Positions 59,001-64,000 of a DNA stretch of 64,000 bases are shown piece by piece. Numbering within the stretch: the stretch's first letter is position 1; each line of letters opens with the position of its first letter. A model generated the notes under the pieces. The model was not told the DNA's origin and did no database searches. It saw nothing but the letters and a program-made list of their open reading frames with translations. The position numbers were made by a program, and so were the translations under genes. This stretch comes from Takakia lepidozioides (Eukaryota; Plantae; Bryophyta): positions 8,928,001 through 8,992,000 of the forward strand of contig CM060732.1 of assembly GCA_030704615.1 (NCBI GenBank). Reading direction: 5' to 3'.

Positions 59001-61197
59001 ACTCAAAGTGAAAATGCCTCCCTGGTTGTCTAACAAGACAACTCCAGGTGTCACCATGGCGCGCTCAAAGGCTGGCCTAGCTGGCAGCTCCGTCAACCTG
59101 GCAGCTGCAGCTTGCCAGGGCGCAGCCGTGGCAGTCTTGACCCTCAAATCCGAGGATCCCTCTGCCACTACACCTTCCACTAACTCCGCAGAAGATGAAA
59201 TGACCTCCCCACTCTCACAGAGTGTTGCTGCTAGTCTGAACACTGCAGCTGGCCTTACCCCCGGCGTCGCAATCATTGTTGCCGAGAACAGTGGGGCTTG
59301 ACACACAGAGGTGGCTGCCCCCAATAACACACCGGCCGCACTAGCCTTGGCAGCAGGAGTCAATGCTGCACGTGTAGCTCTCCCCAATGGCATAGTAACC
59401 TCCGCCTCGGTAACAGTCAGGCGAGAACTAGGTGCCATGGATGGCGTCGATACAGTCTCCGCCAATGTGAATGACTGAGGAAGCCTCGCCTGACGGCTTG
59501 CCTCCCCACGCTGTGGATCCAATTCCACCTCTGCACCTCGTGGCTCAGGAACTCGTGCTGCTCCTCGAGTCACGGCTGCAGCAGACTCCACCTGCTCTAG
59601 TGGTAGTGCTGCTCCGCACATAATCCCATGCCTCCCATATCTCCTCCCTCAGGAGCAGGAGGTGGACCATCCCGCCTGGGAGCCGGTACCGCCTGAGCTA
59701 TAGCCATGGCAGCGAGCCTCTGCTCTAGCTGCTGAAGCCGGTTGACCATGCCTTGATCAACACCCTGACCTCCGCGTCCTTGGCCATGTTGAGCTTGCCC
59801 TTGGCCTGCACCTCGTGCCCGACCACCTCGTCCTCTCTGGGCTGGTCCACCTCGCCCCCGGCCACCATTGTTCCCTTGGAACTGGCCTGGGCGCAACTCA
59901 GGATGCAAGTCATAACACTGGCATCTCCATGCCCATACTTGCCACAATGCCCACACTGCAACTGTGCAGGCTGTGCTTGTGCCGGCCTTCTGCCACCCTC
60001 TGGGCAATCTCTCTTGACATGGGGTCCTCCACATGTCCAACATATCACCCCTGGTTGCTGTTGGCCTGCAAAAGATGCCACGGGCCTTTGCACCTGAGGT
60101 CCCCTGTAAGCTCCATGGAACTTGGGCTGGGCAACCTTGCCCCCCTGACCACGCTGTTGGGCAGTCCCTTGTGCCTGTGGGCTCACAGCTGTGCCCCGTG
60201 CAGGCATGTCCTTACCAAATCCAATTGTAACAACTCGCTCCTCCACCATGTTGAGCTCAATCCGCTCAGCCAGCAGAAACACATCTGCTAATGTGGGTTG
60301 GGCTGCTTGTAACAGGGTTGCATCTCGTACCCTTCTCTTGAGCTCCTTGTCCAGAATTCCATACCAAAACTGGATTGCCTGAGCTTCAGTAACCCCTTGG
60401 GTCACACTTATCAAGCGCCTCATACGAGTGTATGCCTCTCGCAGGCTCTCACTGGGTTTGCGCTGGAAGTCTTGCAAACTTCGCAGCTTCTCTGTCCGTA
60501 CACCTTGGTAGTTCCTCCGCAACTCCTGGAAGAACTCCACCACCGGGTTGAATCTAGGCACATGTGTTGTAGTCGTGGCAGGAGGAGTAGTAGCACCTTT
60601 TGAACTGGTACCACCTACAGAAGTACCAGCACTACTTGCTCCACTACTAGTGCTGGCAGTGGGTGCTATTGGTACTGATGCAGCTACTGGTCGCGTCGTG
60701 CCTCGAGTAATGGAGACGTAGTCAGGTGACCAATACATCCTCCACTCCTCAATCTCTGCTTCATGTCCTCGCCTGAACTCGTGGTAATCGTCCATAGGCG
60801 GGCCTTCCAAATGCTGGAACAGTCCCTTCCACGCCATGAATGGGGTGAATAGCTGTGGATTGCGCATCTGCTGCAAATCACACCAGCTGTCGAACTCCTG
60901 GATAAAGTCATCCAACTCGATTGTGCCCACAGCTCCAGAGTACCTACGAGGCCCCTTGGTAGCTCCATACATCTCCTCCATGTCGTCCCACAACAATGGC
61001 GAATGAAAGTGCACACCTGTTGATGAAGCCTCCGAGTCTGTGTCTGACTCTACAGTAATTGAGGGTGGCGGTGAAGGTGGTCTGAACCGAATACCTCGTC
61101 TTGTGAACCCACTCTCACTGTTACTGCCTGTAGCCGTACAAAACCCTTGGGTAACTCCGTAATGACACTCACAATGTGCACCTCCTCCACGTGACAC
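59000..61197 (-). CDS. gag: DNMT-Gypsy 2 gag and linker
   Basis: ESLREAYTRMRRLI, CWTCGGPH..C, CGHCGKYGH..C. Paralogous to 36270-38483. Confidence 0.85.
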
Positions 61198-61709
61198 TAT
61201 AAGGCTCTAGTACTAATTCTAATAGTGACACGGGTGGGCACCTGTTGCAGTTTAAGGGTCATATCCCAATGGCTCAGGGCACCTGCACCTGCATCCACCG
61301 CAAGAACTCCTATGGTTGGCTGGTCATCAACCCAGCCTCACCATAGAAGAAACACTGGTGGTCTTGCTGGTCATCACTCCAGCCTCACCACCGACAGCAT
61401 ACTCTAGGATTGACCGGTGATCAAATCCGGCCTAATCCCTATGAAAGCAAGCGCCCACACAAAACCAACATGGCGCACAGTCAAGCATGCAGGTGTTGGG
61501 GGGATCCAAACACAAGAAATCAAAACATCAACACCCCCACACCAAAATCCAGCTGCAATGCTGATCCTGCAGAATATCCCAGCCCAAAACCCCGGACTGA
61601 CTGGCCTCCACCAAGAGAGGCTTTGGCAACTACGAGTACAAGGTAATGAAAATAGTACAGAGATGGAGGGGAAGAATAGAAGCCCGCCCAAGCAAGATCT
61701 AATCCTGAT

Positions 61710-62459
61710 CTATGCTATCAACTTCCAGACTTCTCTCAAAGTGCCTCGCTCTGCGTGATGGTAAGGTGTAGGAGGTATATCTATGTCCAGAAACCTACCA
61801 CTAACCTTGTCCCAAGCTACAATAGCTCGCTCTAACCAACCCTCCTCCTCTTTCTGCCAGGTAGAGACAAAGCAATACTCCCCTATCTCCCGCTCACTGA
61901 ACACTAAAGAAAACAAAGGTAGGGTCTGATAGTCTCTCAACTCGAAAGCTTTGAGACGGTTGCGGGTGTCCTCATTGCGAATGAGTGCATCTCCTTCACG
62001 CACAACAAACATGTCATTGCTGATGAACCCCCGCTCGTGGTTGCCCTGTGCAGAGCGTATCCGGCTGCAACCATGTCTGATTGCACAAACTTGTGTAGCT
62101 CTTGCTCCTCTGCTCCAGTACACCACGGCCTTGTGGCTGAACACCTTGGTCCCCGGGGCTGTCTTTGGCTGTGTTCCAAGCCTAGCTTTCACCCACTTTG
62201 GTATTTCACCTACAGCTGCAGAACTGCTGGCTCCAACAGAGTTCTGACTGTCCAAGGCAATATTGAGGCCCTCAATGCCAACTACAGCAGTCTGTTGTCT
62301 ACTGCTAATGCCTGCCTCCCAGTATGCAATCAACTCGTCCAACTGTTCTCCACTCAAATCAGTCTGAGTTCCTTGGGAAACATAAATCATGTCCCCTTGT
62401 GTGCACAGACTAAGAGAAGAGACCTGCCCTTCAATTACGTCCTCATTTCCCCCAGCCAT
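61710..62459 (-). CDS. Hypothetical 249-aa ORF upstream of gag
   Basis: Intact ATG-initiated ORF, co-oriented with gag. No recognisable domain. Confidence 0.5.
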   Translation of the reverse strand: MAGGNEDVIEGQVSSLSLCTQGDMIYVSQGTQTDLSGEQLDELIAYWEAGISSRQQTAVVGIEGLNIALDSQNSVGASSSAAVGEIPKWVKARLGTQPKTAPGTKVFSHKAVVYWSRGARATQVCAIRHGCSRIRSAQGNHERGFISNDMFVVREGDALIRNEDTRNRLKAFELRDYQTLPLFSLVFSEREIGEYCFVSTWQKEEEGWLERAIVAWDKVSGRFLDIDIPPTPYHHAERGTLREVWKLIA

Positions 62460-64000
62460 GCAAGGAGTACATCCACCAATTTGTCTCTCATATAGACCAG
62501 CACAGGTTCTAGAGACAGGATTGTGGATCTTTCATAGCACACTCACACTCTAAAAATTCCATAGATTTTTAACAGAGTCCCAAAAACAAAAACCAGGTCT
62601 AGATATGTAGATATCCCCTTTCTGCAGCTATCTCCTCAAAAACTGAGTTAAACGGAGCTCATTTGACAAAGATATGACCAACCAGGCTCTTTAAACATTT
62701 AAATTAGATCAAAAGGCCCTTTTTTTTTTAAAAAAAAAATTTTAATACTTGTCTAGGTTCCCTGTTCCCTGGTTATCTATGGGTTCCCGAGGCCGTTCCC
62801 CGACTATGCTGACTCCAGGGCTTTGATCCTTTGCGCTTGAACCAAGTAGCTCCCTGACCCACGCTCGTATCACCAGTACACACCCCTGCTCGACAGGCTT
62901 AGCACCCCATAGGCTTCCCTCAACCTTTACACTCTAGTGAAACAGGATACGACCAGGGTGAGCAACAAAGACGAAGGCTCTGCTCAGTTTAGGCTCTGCT
63001 CTGCCAGGTTGGACCTAATCGAAGGGGACGAAGGAGTCAGCGACATGCACATCCCTGACGAACAACACTTCGCTGACGACCAGGCACTCCAAACCAAGTC
63101 CGCACGAGACCAGATGGTGACCACCAACGATCGCCCCATGAAATGCAATCAATTGGAAGTCCCTATATCACCATTGTTTCCAAGTTTTGCCTGTGAAGAA
63201 GACCAGGCCGCGTCTTCCAGAGAGACAGAAGGCGAGACAGTGGGGTCAGAACAAGCCACCCTTGAATCCTGGCTGGTCAGATCAAGAGAGGGACAATCAC
63301 CGACTTGCAGGCACATACTTCGCCACCTTCATTTTTATATTTGAGAAGCAAACTCTTGGTAGCACACCCGTGACCGCCGGGACAGGAACCCGAGACGCAC
63401 ACTCCAGTCTCCCGCAGATGAGGAGCGACCACGGAATCCAGAGTATGCGCAAGTCTGGCAGATATTAGGTAGAGCATTCACTCCACCAGGCTGCGATTTG
63501 CACTTTATTAGCAAATCTCCTTAAACCTTCTTAGTCTTTCACTTGCGTTGGAAGCCATCGCCATCTCCTCGCTAAACCTTCGCATCTGTAGAGCTTGCCA
63601 CACTCTCCTTCCCCCACGAACGAACATCAGCCAATCCTCGAAGGCACTAGCTCTCAGCCCCCACTGCAATTGTAGATGGGCTACCAGGTGCTCCAACAAC
63701 ATGCGCTGAACCTGGAACCAGCTTCAAAAGGGCATGAACGTCGACCCCGAATCGGGCAGTCGAGCTGCTGAACCCGACCACTGACGGGATTGCGCTGCTC
63801 AAGGACAACAGGGCCTTTGTTATGGAGATGGCTTTCGGGATCAGGCTGCAAGGTAAGATTGAAAGGGCCTTTGGCGTGCTGGCATCCCCGGACTAAAGCA
63901 ATGCACCGCGACCCAGCCAGGCAGCAAGCTCCTCTTCCCACTCCTCCTTACTTTCTCACATGCAAGTTGAAGCACGACCCCAGTTTCAAGTTGAAGAATG

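Larger units (their letters stand above)
40426..62500 (-). mobile_element. DNMT-carrying Ty3/Gypsy element 2, interrupted in integrase; 5' end not identified
   Basis: 85-bp terminal repeat 40426-40510 plus PPT. INT-PHD 40771-41642 resumes at 54765. RH/RT, DNMT, PR and gag follow to 61197. Leader motifs shared with element 1. Confidence 0.88.

Noticed and set aside
62500-64000. Genes or the 5' LTR of DNMT-Gypsy 2 at the window end
   Set aside because: There is no copy of the 85-bp repeat and only short ORFs without recognisable motifs, so the region is left unannotated.

Overview
Eukaryotic, intron-containing, almost entirely transposon-derived DNA. The TE types suggest a non-seed land plant such as a bryophyte (inference). 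The window holds two nested stacks, both inserted into a hAT-like transposase fragment (31139-31262). LEFT STACK (1-31138): a large Mutator-like (MULE) DNA transposon whose left part lies outside the window. A complete ~21 kb relative (3083-24128) is inserted into it in the opposite orientation, with a 9-bp TSD (GTATCGCCT) and short imperfect TIRs. Both MULEs carry a large multi-exon gene fusing a ParB/Srx-like domain (VWDGNHRLLAW) to a beta-class N4C/N6A amino-methyltransferase-like domain. Both also carry regularly spaced arrays of 22-28 bp palindromes whose sequence is specific to each element (outer GGAAATGCGG-YR-CCGCATTTCC, inner GGAAATTCGGCGCCGAATTTCC). The inner MULE transposase is interrupted by a full-length chromovirus (13267-20174, TSD GCAGG) and by an inverted fragment of a third methyltransferase paralog. 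RIGHT STACK (31263-64000): two related Ty3/Gypsy elements that encode a DNMT3-like C5 cytosine methyltransferase inside pol and a PHD finger after integrase, and that appear to have 85-bp LTRs. The second is interrupted by a complete 13.1 kb Athila/Phygy-like Gypsy with extra ORFs (41643-54759, TSD TACCT). The best candidate for a new system is the MULE module 'ParB-MTase gene + own palindrome arrays'. All protein calls are motif recognition by eye, not database searches. Many frameshifts could be sequencing errors.
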